In this document: piece after piece, positions 29,098-38,411 of the stretch
Layout of the letters: each line of letters opens with the position of its first letter
How positions within the stretch are numbered: the first letter of the stretch is position 1
From: Candidatus Latescibacterota bacterium
Lineage (GTDB): Bacteria; Latescibacterota; UBA2968; UBA8231
NCBI GenBank assembly: GCA_965205655.1
Contig: CBDBIJ010000091.1
Span: 18,916-82,915 of the forward strand
Direction of reading: 5' to 3'
Length of the DNA stretch: 64,000 bases
Position numbers and translations under genes: made by a program
Notes under the pieces: model-generated
Database searches by the model: none
What the model was told of the DNA's origin: nothing
The model's input: only the letters and a program-made list of their open reading frames with translations

Positions 29098-30834
29098 TCA
29101 CCGACGGCGACGACCTGACGCCAGCGCCAACAGGCGTCGTCGGTGCCGATCAAAGGTGACGGGGTTCTGAACGTAGGAGGTGCCGCTGCGGATTACCTGG
29201 TCGACAATCTCGTCGGCTCGAGCAGCGCGCTTCGGGTCCTCGCGGAGCATGGCCATCAGCTCGTAGTCCTCGATGCCGTTGCGCATGGCGGTGAATCGCA
29301 GGGAGCCGTAGACCCGCTTGCCACCCGGCCAGATGATGTGGGTGTCGCCAGGCGGCAGCTTCAACTTTCCGTCGGGTGTCTGCTCAGCCTCGGCGGGGAC
29401 GGTCCATTTCCACGGGTCCTGCCCCGGGCGGTAGAAATTGAGCCCCCAGTGCAAATATCCGGTCGTCCCCGTGATGTAGTTGTACCAGTGGAGCAGGCGG
29501 GTGCGGATCAGCGGAAAATCGAGCAGCCGGTTCAGCCATTTCCCCCGAGGCCCACAGCAGGTGTAATACCACGTCTCGACACCGCAACGTCGGTTCTGTT
29601 CGGCAAATGTCCTCTCGCGTCTCGGACCGCCAAGGTAGGACGGCACGATGACATCGGAGGCGCCATTGAGACCTTCGATGTGCACGGCATCGATGGTTTT
29701 CACCCCCGGCAGGAGCTGGCGCACGATGAGGCTGAGGTGGCGGTAGTGCTCGCCCTGTTCGGGCAACGGCTCGTCGAACAGGTGCTGGTAGTAGATGTCC
29801 TGCCAGCCGTGCCGGCCGAGGAATTCCCAGAAGGGGACGAGCCACTCACGCAGCAGGGCATGGCCTTCCAGTGTCGTCGGCACCGGTCCGAGCACGCTCG
29901 CCTTCTGCTCGTTTTTGCCGCGCGGCCGCTGGGCGCTTCTCGTTTCATCCCCGAAAGCACCGCCGGGAGCCGCCCAGTTCATGAAGGTGACACTGTCCTT
30001 CAGCGCGTGGCGGTGACTGATGTGCGGGCCCTCGATCTGCGTAAAGCCCTGAGCCAGGAACAGGCGGATGTAGCGCGCCAGGCGCTCGAGATTCATGTGG
30101 ACCTCGCCGTCCACCAGTCTGAGATCGAAGACCTCCGGTTTCACCCAGAACATGGTCTGGCGGTGGGCGGCCATCAGCTTGGCGCTCTCGCGTAGCACCC
30201 TCCAGAACGGTTCGCTCCACATCTCGACGCCGTGGACCTGAGCCATGCGGGTGATGTTGAACCAGTTCGTGACCTTCAGCTTCTGCTCTTCGGGCAGGGT
30301 GGCGGCGTACACCTCCAGCTCGACGGGCACCTCGACGCTGTGGCTATCAGAGAGAATCTCCACCTGTCCGCTGTAGAGGCCGGGTTTGGCATCGGCAGGG
30401 ATGGCGTAGTCCACGAACAGCACGACCGGACGACCCGGCCGCTCACGAATGCCGCGTCTGGCCGGCACGAGCGGCTCGGCCAGTTCAAAGGGGGCCTCAC
30501 GCACGACCTGGCGACGCGCCTTGGCCGTCAGATCCGTGGTGGTCATGTGGTAGAGAAACCCCTTCGGCGCTGGTTCGTCACCGAAGGTCGAGTTCTCCTC
30601 GCACGGCACGAAGACAACGTGATAGGTCGCGGGGGCCGGCAGCGTCCCTCCGCCCCTGCGGCGCAGGTCCCCCGCTCGCACTTCGACCGCCCCCTCGGAC
30701 CCCACTACCAACTGGCAACCGCTGTGCCCCCGGCGCGGACCGAACAGCTCGACCGCCGGAGCGGTGCGGCGTCGCCTCGGCCAGCTATCGTGAAAGGCCC
30801 GGTCCAGTTCGTGCAATACTTCGACTGTCAACAT
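29098..30834 (-). CDS. DUF4091 / GH123-like glycoside hydrolase
   Basis: 'LFDEP', 'WYYTCCGP', 'GYLHWG', 'PPGD..I.WPG', 'SLR...R.GIEDYE'. Confidence 0.85.
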   Translation of the reverse strand: MLTVEVLHELDRAFHDSWPRRRRTAPAVELFGPRRGHSGCQLVVGSEGAVEVRAGDLRRRGGGTLPAPATYHVVFVPCEENSTFGDEPAPKGFLYHMTTTDLTAKARRQVVREAPFELAEPLVPARRGIRERPGRPVVLFVDYAIPADAKPGLYSGQVEILSDSHSVEVPVELEVYAATLPEEQKLKVTNWFNITRMAQVHGVEMWSEPFWRVLRESAKLMAAHRQTMFWVKPEVFDLRLVDGEVHMNLERLARYIRLFLAQGFTQIEGPHISHRHALKDSVTFMNWAAPGGAFGDETRSAQRPRGKNEQKASVLGPVPTTLEGHALLREWLVPFWEFLGRHGWQDIYYQHLFDEPLPEQGEHYRHLSLIVRQLLPGVKTIDAVHIEGLNGASDVIVPSYLGGPRRERTFAEQNRRCGVETWYYTCCGPRGKWLNRLLDFPLIRTRLLHWYNYITGTTGYLHWGLNFYRPGQDPWKWTVPAEAEQTPDGKLKLPPGDTHIIWPGGKRVYGSLRFTAMRNGIEDYELMAMLREDPKRAARADEIVDQVIRSGTSYVQNPVTFDRHRRRLLALASGRRRR

Positions 30835-30868
30835 GTATGGAAGGGCAACTCCCCGCCGGCTTGTCCGG

Positions 30869-31729
30869 TCAAATGATGGCCAGTGGATTCACCGGACTCG
30901 CCGTGGCGCCGGCGATTCGCAGCGGTGCCGCCACAAAGAGGAATTCGTACACCTGATCCGCAGCAAGTTCCTCGAGGTTGAGGTACTCCATGAGGTGCAC
31001 CCCGAGGTCGCGCAGCATGTAGTGGTGGAGCGACTTGCCCTGCGGCGGCCACGCCTCCACGGCGCCGTTGTCGGCGCCCAGGACGCCGATGTCGCGCTGC
31101 GCCAGCCACTCCCAGCACACCGAGGCGAGTCCTGGAAAGCAAGCGCGCACGCGGTCTCCCTCGCGGCAGAATCGGCCGTACCAGCCGGTGCGCACGAGGA
31201 GGATGTCGGCAGCGCGAATCTCGACACTCTGCCGTCGGATGGCCTCGTCCAGGTCCGACGCTGAAATGGCATGGCCGTCATCCAGAAAGTCGACGTCAAA
31301 AAGTGGGGGGATGTCCAGCAGAATGCCGCGGCCGACGATGGCGCCAGCCTTCGAGATGTCGCATCTGGCAGCGCCATCGCTCGAGACGACGTCGCAGTGA
31401 TGACGATTGTAGAGCTGGCCGTCGTACCAGGTGTGGGCGAAGGCGTCGAGGTGACTGGACGTGTGGAGGTTCATGGTGAGCACATCTTCAGCGCCCCCAC
31501 CTCCGCCCGGCGACGGGTCGTTGTGGTAGCTGGTGCTGATCCCGGGCTTGGCCCGGCTCGGTCCGGCTGCTGATTCTTCGCCGACGGTGGTTCCGAGGCA
31601 GTAGACCCTCCCCTCTTTCACCAGGTCAGCAGCCCGCTTTACGATCTCCGGCGTCAGGAGATTGAGAGCGCCACGCTCGTCGTGTTCACCCCAGCGTCCC
31701 CAATTCGATTGACGACCGGGATTACTCAT
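30869..31729 (-). CDS. Cyclase family (kynurenine formamidase-like) metal-dependent hydrolase
   Basis: 'NWGRWG..DE.GALN', 'HTSSHLDAFAH', 'GRGILLD', 'VRTGW', 'GATASPVNP'. Confidence 0.92.
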   Translation of the reverse strand: MSNPGRQSNWGRWGEHDERGALNLLTPEIVKRAADLVKEGRVYCLGTTVGEESAAGPSRAKPGISTSYHNDPSPGGGGGAEDVLTMNLHTSSHLDAFAHTWYDGQLYNRHHCDVVSSDGAARCDISKAGAIVGRGILLDIPPLFDVDFLDDGHAISASDLDEAIRRQSVEIRAADILLVRTGWYGRFCREGDRVRACFPGLASVCWEWLAQRDIGVLGADNGAVEAWPPQGKSLHHYMLRDLGVHLMEYLNLEELAADQVYEFLFVAAPLRIAGATASPVNPLAII

Positions 31730-33966
31730 TTTTTCATGACGACGCGAAAGATACGCGCGTCGTATGGCTGGTAATGGACGACAAAAGACGTCGTTTCGGT
31801 AAAAGACCTCGCGCTGCCAGCTTCTTCTTCATCGGGAACGAGGTTGTCCGGATCGTTCTCGAACATGATATGGACGCTCGCCAGCTCTCCGGGAAAGGTC
31901 CACTCCGCGTTCAGGACCGCCTCGTCGATGTTGACTGTGAGAAGCACGAAGCCGCCGTCGGGATGGGGCTTGAGCATGGCTCGGATGTCGGCAGGGGTCC
32001 GCATGGTGCCCTTGGTTATGCTCACGGAGTAGTCGACCTCCGGCCCCACCGTCGGGGAGAGGATGACCGGTTTCAGTTCTGCGAACTCGGCATTGAACTG
32101 AGCCGCCGTCTCCCAGACCGCTTTCGATTGCTGCAGCTTGAGCGGCGACGCAGAGCCCTTCGTGTCGGAGTGGGGTTGGGGGTCCGCGTGCAAGCCGATG
32201 ATACGCGTGGCGCGCCAGGCCCTGTGATCCCAGGTCCAGTAGATGATTCCAGTGGCGCCGTGTATGACGGAGGACCAGGCGGCGGCGCGCAATTCCTCAG
32301 GGCTTGGGAAGCGGAAATACCAGGGTGCGTCCGGATTGGCCTGCTCGAATCCGGGAAGGATCATCCAGACCGGTTTGGCCTCGTCCGTGGCTGTGGCGGC
32401 GGCCCAGACCATACGCGGGATACCGATTGTATCCGATGAGAGCTCACTGACTCGCACGCCGCGATGCTTGAACGGGTAGTTGTCCAGGCAGACGATGTCG
32501 ATGTGGCGCAGCCAATCGCCCCAGCCGTACTGCGGCGCGTCGAGCTCCGGCGACATGTTGACGTAGGTGGGCATATCGGGGAAAACGCGATGGAGCGCTT
32601 CCCGATTGCTGTCGTAGACATCGCGCCAGCCACGTTGGATCTCATCCACCGGATCGTCGCTCGAACGCCCGGAGCCGCCGGTGAAGACGTAGGGTTCGTC
32701 GATCGTGTACTGGGCCAGCACGTGGGAGCGATCGACAAATTCGCCGTGACTGACCCAGTGATCGCCCCGGCCCCGTCCGGTGATGAGCACCTGGAGATCG
32801 TGCTCCTGCGCCAGCGGATAGAGCTCCTTCGGCGAGATCCAGATGTGAGTGATGGTGTTGAAATGGGCCGCCTTCAGACTCTCGAAGTCGGAATCGAGGC
32901 CGACGCCGTAAATGCCGATGGGGAGGAACGATCTCTCAGGGTCGTACTCGGTCATGACATGACCCTGGCTGTCGGTATGAGGCACGCCGTTGCGGTACAG
33001 AGTCTGAATCGCCGTCTGCGGGGCTGGCTGTCGCCACCGCGGGACCTCGGTGAACGTCCACTCCGGCGGCACCCGTCCCCACTGCACAATGGAGCCGTCC
33101 TTCCGCAGGCCCAGGTTGTGCCATCCGCCGGCGTCGATGGCGACGAGGTCATCGGCAGGCGCCGGATCGCACTGACCCCAAAGGCTGTGCCCCCAGCAGT
33201 CGACGTTGCCGTCAGCGCGCAGGGCGAGGCTGTGAAACTTGCCGGCGGCGACGGCCGTGAACCCCCTACCACCGGGAGCCTGGCTCTGTCCGTGCTCGTC
33301 GCTTCCCCAGGCGGCGATCGATCCATCCTCTTTGAGCGCCAGGGTGTGATAGTTGCCGGAGGAGAGAGCGACGAAGTCGTCTCCGGCAGGCGTGCCTTCG
33401 GCATTGCTCTCCTGCCCCCAGGAGCGCAGGGACCCGTCGCGCCGCCGCACCACGCTGTGTCGACCACCGGCAGAGATTGCGACCGCGTCCGCCACATCGG
33501 CGGGCACGTCGATCTGGCCGTTGCGATTCATGCCCCAGGCGGCGACCGTTCCGTCCGAACGGAGGGCGAGGCTGTGATACACGTAGCGGTTCGAGTTGGA
33601 GGCGGCGACGGCGATGAAGTCACTGCCGGAGGGTGCCTGAAGACGCGCATCTGGATCGAGGAATTGACCGATCGGGTTGTGGCCCCAGACGACGAGCGAG
33701 CCGTCCGCACGCAGGGCGATGCTGTGAAAGTGGCCGACGGCAATGGTGGTGAAGTCGTCACCCTCCGGCACGTCGGTTTGGCCGTAGTCGTTCCAGCCCC
33801 AGGCCACCAGAGATCCGTCATCGCGCAGGGCGAGACTGTGATAGGCGCCGGCGGCGATGGCTGCGAATCCCGTACCCTCCGGGGCTTCAGCGGGCGATGA
33901 CGCGGAGGACTGCGCCACTGGCGGAATAAAGGCGATGAATGTGATCAGCAAGCGTAGCGTTCGCAT
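31726..33966 (-). CDS. Secreted RCC1/BLIP-II repeat protein fused to a TIM-barrel glycoside hydrolase-like domain
   Basis: Signal peptide; about seven 'AG..HSLALR.DGS..WG' repeats; then 'FLPIGIY', 'IDEP', 'DNYP', 'KPVW', 'IHGATGI'. Confidence 0.8.
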   Translation of the reverse strand: MRTLRLLITFIAFIPPVAQSSASSPAEAPEGTGFAAIAAGAYHSLALRDDGSLVAWGWNDYGQTDVPEGDDFTTIAVGHFHSIALRADGSLVVWGHNPIGQFLDPDARLQAPSGSDFIAVAASNSNRYVYHSLALRSDGTVAAWGMNRNGQIDVPADVADAVAISAGGRHSVVRRRDGSLRSWGQESNAEGTPAGDDFVALSSGNYHTLALKEDGSIAAWGSDEHGQSQAPGGRGFTAVAAGKFHSLALRADGNVDCWGHSLWGQCDPAPADDLVAIDAGGWHNLGLRKDGSIVQWGRVPPEWTFTEVPRWRQPAPQTAIQTLYRNGVPHTDSQGHVMTEYDPERSFLPIGIYGVGLDSDFESLKAAHFNTITHIWISPKELYPLAQEHDLQVLITGRGRGDHWVSHGEFVDRSHVLAQYTIDEPYVFTGGSGRSSDDPVDEIQRGWRDVYDSNREALHRVFPDMPTYVNMSPELDAPQYGWGDWLRHIDIVCLDNYPFKHRGVRVSELSSDTIGIPRMVWAAATATDEAKPVWMILPGFEQANPDAPWYFRFPSPEELRAAAWSSVIHGATGIIYWTWDHRAWRATRIIGLHADPQPHSDTKGSASPLKLQQSKAVWETAAQFNAEFAELKPVILSPTVGPEVDYSVSITKGTMRTPADIRAMLKPHPDGGFVLLTVNIDEAVLNAEWTFPGELASVHIMFENDPDNLVPDEEEAGSARSFTETTSFVVHYQPYDARIFRVVMKK

Positions 33967-33988
33967 GACGTCGTCTCACAGGGAGGGG

Positions 33989-35002
33989 TCAAAGGGGCCT
34001 TATCACCACGTCCTTCAGATACTGGTTTCCGAAGTCGCTCCGGTCCCCGATCCTGGCCCTTCCGTCCGATACGAAGCGGGCCGACAGTGGTTTGTCGTAG
34101 CGTCGGGACAATCTCTGCAAAACGTTCAGGATCTCCAACACTCTGTTCGGGGATTCATCGATCCCGATCGGGTAGGTGTCGACGCCCAGCCCGCTGTGCA
34201 AGGACAGAAAGATGTTTCGCTCTATCGAAAAACGCCCCGCTTCGTACTCCCGAGCAAGCTCGAAATCCTCGAGGCAGGGAAACATGAGCCTGCAGAACCC
34301 AACCGGTCTGGGGTTGTGTTTCACGATGAATTCGGAGATGCGCAGGTACAGGTCCGTGCTCGCTGAAGCGGCAAAATCGCCGCTCACTCTGTTGACGAAA
34401 TTGACAAAGCTGCTCCTCCCTTCGAAAAGCGACGCAATGGACGAATCGATTCCCAGAAATTCCGTCTCATCGCGGAAGAGGGAAAGGATCTCATCCCACA
34501 CAGCTCGCATGCGGTCGAACCACTCCTCGAGTGACCGGCAGTCAGCGGCCAGGTCCGTCGGCTGAAGGCCAACGGCAAAACCATCTGAGCCGTACGAGGC
34601 GGAGGGGAAGTAGGGACTCGATTCCACGTTTCGAAAGGTGTGAGTGAAGTTGAAGGTCTTGCTCGGTTGGCGGCGAATGATCGCGAACAGCAGAGCGGTG
34701 TCGTCGATGCCCACCCCGTCGCTGAGGTCGACATTGAAAGCCACGTTGCCAGCGCTGAGGAAGTCGTCCAGCTGGGCGCGGGCCGAGGATCTGTTGAGTG
34801 TGCCGACGCTCAAATAGAGCGTTTCGTCAGGGAAGGCCGCATCGATCTCGGCAACCGACATGCCGCCGGCGCAGATCCGCTTCGTCTGAATGTCGAAGCC
34901 CCGATTCTCCATCATCAGCGACAACCGCTCGATCTCCTCCACGACGGTAGGGCCCGGCCGGCGGGAGAAGAAACAGATGGTTCTGACGGTTTTGTCCGGC
35001 AT
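33989..35002 (-). CDS. DUF711 family protein
   Basis: 'VRTIC', 'SPYFP', 'GIDSS', 'GF..LMFP.LED..LA', 'G.DT.P', 'KPLSARF'. Confidence 0.75.
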   Translation of the reverse strand: MPDKTVRTICFFSRRPGPTVVEEIERLSLMMENRGFDIQTKRICAGGMSVAEIDAAFPDETLYLSVGTLNRSSARAQLDDFLSAGNVAFNVDLSDGVGIDDTALLFAIIRRQPSKTFNFTHTFRNVESSPYFPSASYGSDGFAVGLQPTDLAADCRSLEEWFDRMRAVWDEILSLFRDETEFLGIDSSIASLFEGRSSFVNFVNRVSGDFAASASTDLYLRISEFIVKHNPRPVGFCRLMFPCLEDFELAREYEAGRFSIERNIFLSLHSGLGVDTYPIGIDESPNRVLEILNVLQRLSRRYDKPLSARFVSDGRARIGDRSDFGNQYLKDVVIRPL

Positions 35003-36711
35003 CAGGGGCTGCGTCGGTCAGCGAGCCGGGCAGCGATCTCGTGGATTTCCGCCGCTCGCCCCGGCCGCAAACGAGCCGCGGTGTCGAAGTGACTGAGGGC
35101 GCTGTCGATCTCGCCTCGCTGGCCGAAGACCATGGCGAGATTGTAGTGCGCCTCGGCCAGGTCCGGGCGCAGCTCGAGCGCGCGGCGCAGGTGCTTCTGG
35201 GCAACCGCGAACTGCCGCCGAGTCGCCTGGACAATCGCGACGCTGAGGTGGGCGTCGGTGTAATCGGGCTCGATCCGCAGGGCTGCCTCGAGCCGCGGCA
35301 AGGCGCTGTCCGCGTCGCCGGCTGCCAGGTGGAGCGACCCCAAGCCGAACTGATAGCCGGCGTTGTCGGGATCGACCTCCAGCATGGTCTCGTAGCCGGC
35401 GATTTCCTGTTGCAGCCACTTGCGGGAAAAATCCCGCTTGAGGGTGTCGAGATCGGCCTCGCTGGAGGGCAACACCTGCAGCACGAGGTCCCCCATTTCG
35501 TCACTCGACCGGACCCCGAACAGAACGCGCCGCGGTGGGTCGCTGGGGTTGCGCACGTTGGCGCTCGAGTTGTCGTAGGTGTGGCGCATGACCAGGGTGG
35601 TGCCACCGGGCAGGAAGACCGGCCGGGCATAGCGGTAGTAGTCCTGCCAATCGAAATCCCAGTCGTCGATGCGGATGAGCCATTTTCTGTCGCCTCCCGG
35701 CAGCAGCGCCAGGGCCTCGATTGTCTTGCCGAGGTAGTGAGCGTGCGGAAACACGCTGAGAACCTGGACGTCGACGGGCAACTCATACGTGTCTTCATAC
35801 TCGACGCTCGGCGCTCCGGCCGGAAGGTCGATATCCTTGCGGCTGAGCCGCAGCAGGGTGGGGGTTCGGGTCGGCGGTTCGTCGCTGAAGAAGAAGCCGG
35901 CCTTTGCCTTTATAGGCTCGGGCTTGCCGCTGGGAAGCAGGTGCAGCATCAGCACGAGGTCGGTGCCCGGATGTGCTGTCCAGGCGAGGCTGTCCGGGAC
36001 GGCGAAAGGCATCGTGCCTGGCGCCCAGCCGAGAAAGTGTCCGTCAGGCTTGAAGGCCTCACCAAAGTCCATGCCCTCGAACCCCGGCCCGGGGTCTCGA
36101 ACGTCGCGCTTTCTGGCCGCCCCCGATCGATCGAACATGATGACGCCATGATGGACGATGCGGGGGTTACCGGGCCGCAGCTCCACCGCCACCACGTGCC
36201 GTGGCTCGCTCAACGGGAGGGGGATCACGAAGTTGCGGAACACATCGCCGCCGCCCGCCTGCAGCGAGTAGGCCTCCGTCATTTCAACCACCAGATCGGG
36301 CTGGCCCAGCTGCCACCCTTTTGGCCACTCCGGTTGAGGCGGCAGGTCTGCAGGCTCACCTTCCAGTGCCCCCTCGTCGACCCACCTCTGAATGCGCCCG
36401 ATCTGAGCCTCGCCCAACCGACGCACACCGACAAAATCACCGTAGCCGGGCTCCGGCTTCCACGGCGGCATGTAGCGCTTCTGAGTCACGTCGGCGACAA
36501 GGCGGGCCCGCCTTTTGACGTCGGTGTAGGTCAGGAGACTGAACGGCGCTGATTCGCCCGGCCGGTGGCAGCCGGAGCAGTGCTGGAAGATGATGGGAGC
36601 GATGTCTCTGTTGAAGGAAAGCGCCTCAGCGCCCGATTCGGGTCGGTCGGCGCCACACCCCAGCCACATCGCGACTCCGGCGAATGCGAGGGCGCTTTGG
36701 AATCGACTCAT
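35002..36711 (-). CDS. Lipoprotein with CxxCH motif, Cu type II (PHM/DBM-like) monooxygenase domains and C-terminal TPRs
   Basis: WLG-C; 'CSGCH'; 'RYMPPW'; 'VHH', 'FPHAH', 'DEM'; TPR tail. Confidence 0.85.
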   Translation of the reverse strand: MSRFQSALAFAGVAMWLGCGADRPESGAEALSFNRDIAPIIFQHCSGCHRPGESAPFSLLTYTDVKRRARLVADVTQKRYMPPWKPEPGYGDFVGVRRLGEAQIGRIQRWVDEGALEGEPADLPPQPEWPKGWQLGQPDLVVEMTEAYSLQAGGGDVFRNFVIPLPLSEPRHVVAVELRPGNPRIVHHGVIMFDRSGAARKRDVRDPGPGFEGMDFGEAFKPDGHFLGWAPGTMPFAVPDSLAWTAHPGTDLVLMLHLLPSGKPEPIKAKAGFFFSDEPPTRTPTLLRLSRKDIDLPAGAPSVEYEDTYELPVDVQVLSVFPHAHYLGKTIEALALLPGGDRKWLIRIDDWDFDWQDYYRYARPVFLPGGTTLVMRHTYDNSSANVRNPSDPPRRVLFGVRSSDEMGDLVLQVLPSSEADLDTLKRDFSRKWLQQEIAGYETMLEVDPDNAGYQFGLGSLHLAAGDADSALPRLEAALRIEPDYTDAHLSVAIVQATRRQFAVAQKHLRRALELRPDLAEAHYNLAMVFGQRGEIDSALSHFDTAARLRPGRAAEIHEIAARLADRRSP

Positions 36712-37286
36712 TTCAGGTCAGCGATGTAGCAGCCCACGGCGCGGGTCGTCTCGACTCTGGCCGGGCGTCCGGCGATGACGGCGTCGAGAGCATCCTCGAG
36801 GTCGCGCCTGGTGGGGGTGTCGCGTCTGCGGTCGAAATCAACGTAGCGATTGTCGATGCGGCCGCGGTAGGCCATCTCACCGGCAGCGTCGAAAACGGCG
36901 ACCTCCGGCGTGACCTCGGCCCCGGTCAGTCTCACGAGTTCGTGCTTGGTGTCGCGCAGTGCCGCGAGGGGGTAGTCGTACTCGGTGAGGTGCCGGCGAA
37001 TCGCACCGGGCGTCTCGTCCGGATCGACATAGACCAGGACAAATTGCACACCTCTGGATGCGAACCTGTCGTGGATGCGGCGGACTTCCGGAGCGTAGCG
37101 ATTAGAAATAGGACAGTCGGAACGTGTGAAGATCAGGACAGACGTCTGATCGTCCACCATGCTAAGCGGGTCGACGATGCGGCCATCCAGGTCGACGACC
37201 GCCGAGAATCGCGGTGCAGGCCAGGTGAAAAACACCACCACCACCGCCGTCAAAGCCAATCCGATGATGACCGCTCTGCGATTCAC
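36708..37286 (-). CDS. Membrane-anchored redoxin (AhpC/TSA-like)
   Basis: 'DCPISNRY', 'TPEV', 'YRGRID', terminal 'AVGC.I'. Stop overlaps the downstream start; start codon uncertain. Confidence 0.88.
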   Translation of the reverse strand: MNRRAVIIGLALTAVVVVFFTWPAPRFSAVVDLDGRIVDPLSMVDDQTSVLIFTRSDCPISNRYAPEVRRIHDRFASRGVQFVLVYVDPDETPGAIRRHLTEYDYPLAALRDTKHELVRLTGAEVTPEVAVFDAAGEMAYRGRIDNRYVDFDRRRDTPTRRDLEDALDAVIAGRPARVETTRAVGCYIADLK

Positions 37287-37322
37287 GATGCTTCGTCTTT
37301 CATTCAAGAGATGTCCGAGCGC

Positions 37323-38322
37323 TCAGCGCCGATCCTTTGCGGCACCCCAAGAGATTCTGGACACCGCGGTTGGATCACCTCCGATCCAACGGGGATACAG
37401 AAGAATCCGCCATCGGCTCATTCGTCAGATTGACAAGCCCTGTTCCATCGATTCGCATGGCAAAAATGTCGTGATTCGGCACCCCGGAAAGCCCGCCGGA
37501 CTCACCCCTGTCAAAAGTGGCGTCGGAGGCGAATGCGATCCAGGCTCCATCCGGTGACCAGGCCGGACTGAATTCCGTTGCACGACTGCTCGTGAGGTTC
37601 GTCACCTCCCCGCCGTGCAGACCTACGAGGTAAATGTCGAAATTGCCATCTCTAACACTGGCAAAGGCGAGTTGAGAGCCATCCGGGGACCATGAGATAT
37701 CGACGGAATCGCCCGGAAGTTCCGCCACGAGCTCTTTTTTCATGGTCCGAAGGGTGACCGAAGAGACCTGACTGCCGGCGCCACCTCGATCGGCGACATA
37801 TGCGATCCGCTCGCCGCCGGGCGCCCAGGCGGGGAAAAGCTCGGGGAGGAGTCGCGTCCCGGTAATGTTGATGAGCCTGGAGCCATCCAGATTCATGGTG
37901 TAGACATCGAGGTTGCGAAATCCCTGGCCATCCAGATCGGAGCAGAAGACGATGCACTCCCCATCCGGCGACCACGACGGATACAGATCGACGGCAGCGC
38001 TGTTCGTGAGGTTGACCGGATCGGGCCAATCCACTCTCTGGAGGAAGATATCGCTGCCGCTGAGTGCCCCGTCAAACCAAAACGCGGCAAACAGGGCGGC
38101 CCTGCCGTCAGGCGACCAGGAGAGCGAACCGAAATCACCGTGGAGAGCACCGGCCAACAACCCGGTATTGGTCAGTTCGCGTGCTGTCGAAGCCTCAGCG
38201 CTAAACAGATGATATTCGCGGGGCTCTCTATCGGAGGGGTCCGTTCCGGCATACATCAAGCGCAGATCGGCCTGCGCCATTTGAGAGCACATTCCGATGA
38301 GCAGCAGATGGCGGAGCAGCAT
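37323..38322 (-). CDS. TolB-like PD40 beta-propeller, secreted; frameshift near 37402
   Basis: Repeated 'P.WSPDG..I.F.S' units. A shift in TTCTTCT completes the last repeat (LYPRW) and gives GGDPTAVSRISWGAAKDRR* ending at 37323; the ORF track stops at 37375. Confidence 0.8.
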
Positions 38323-38411
38323 CGACGAGAGAGCGCCAAACGCGACCTGGGCGCTGACTGGGGGGCCGAGGTCTGTTGTCCTAAGATCGCGTATGGATAG
38401 AGGTACAGCTG

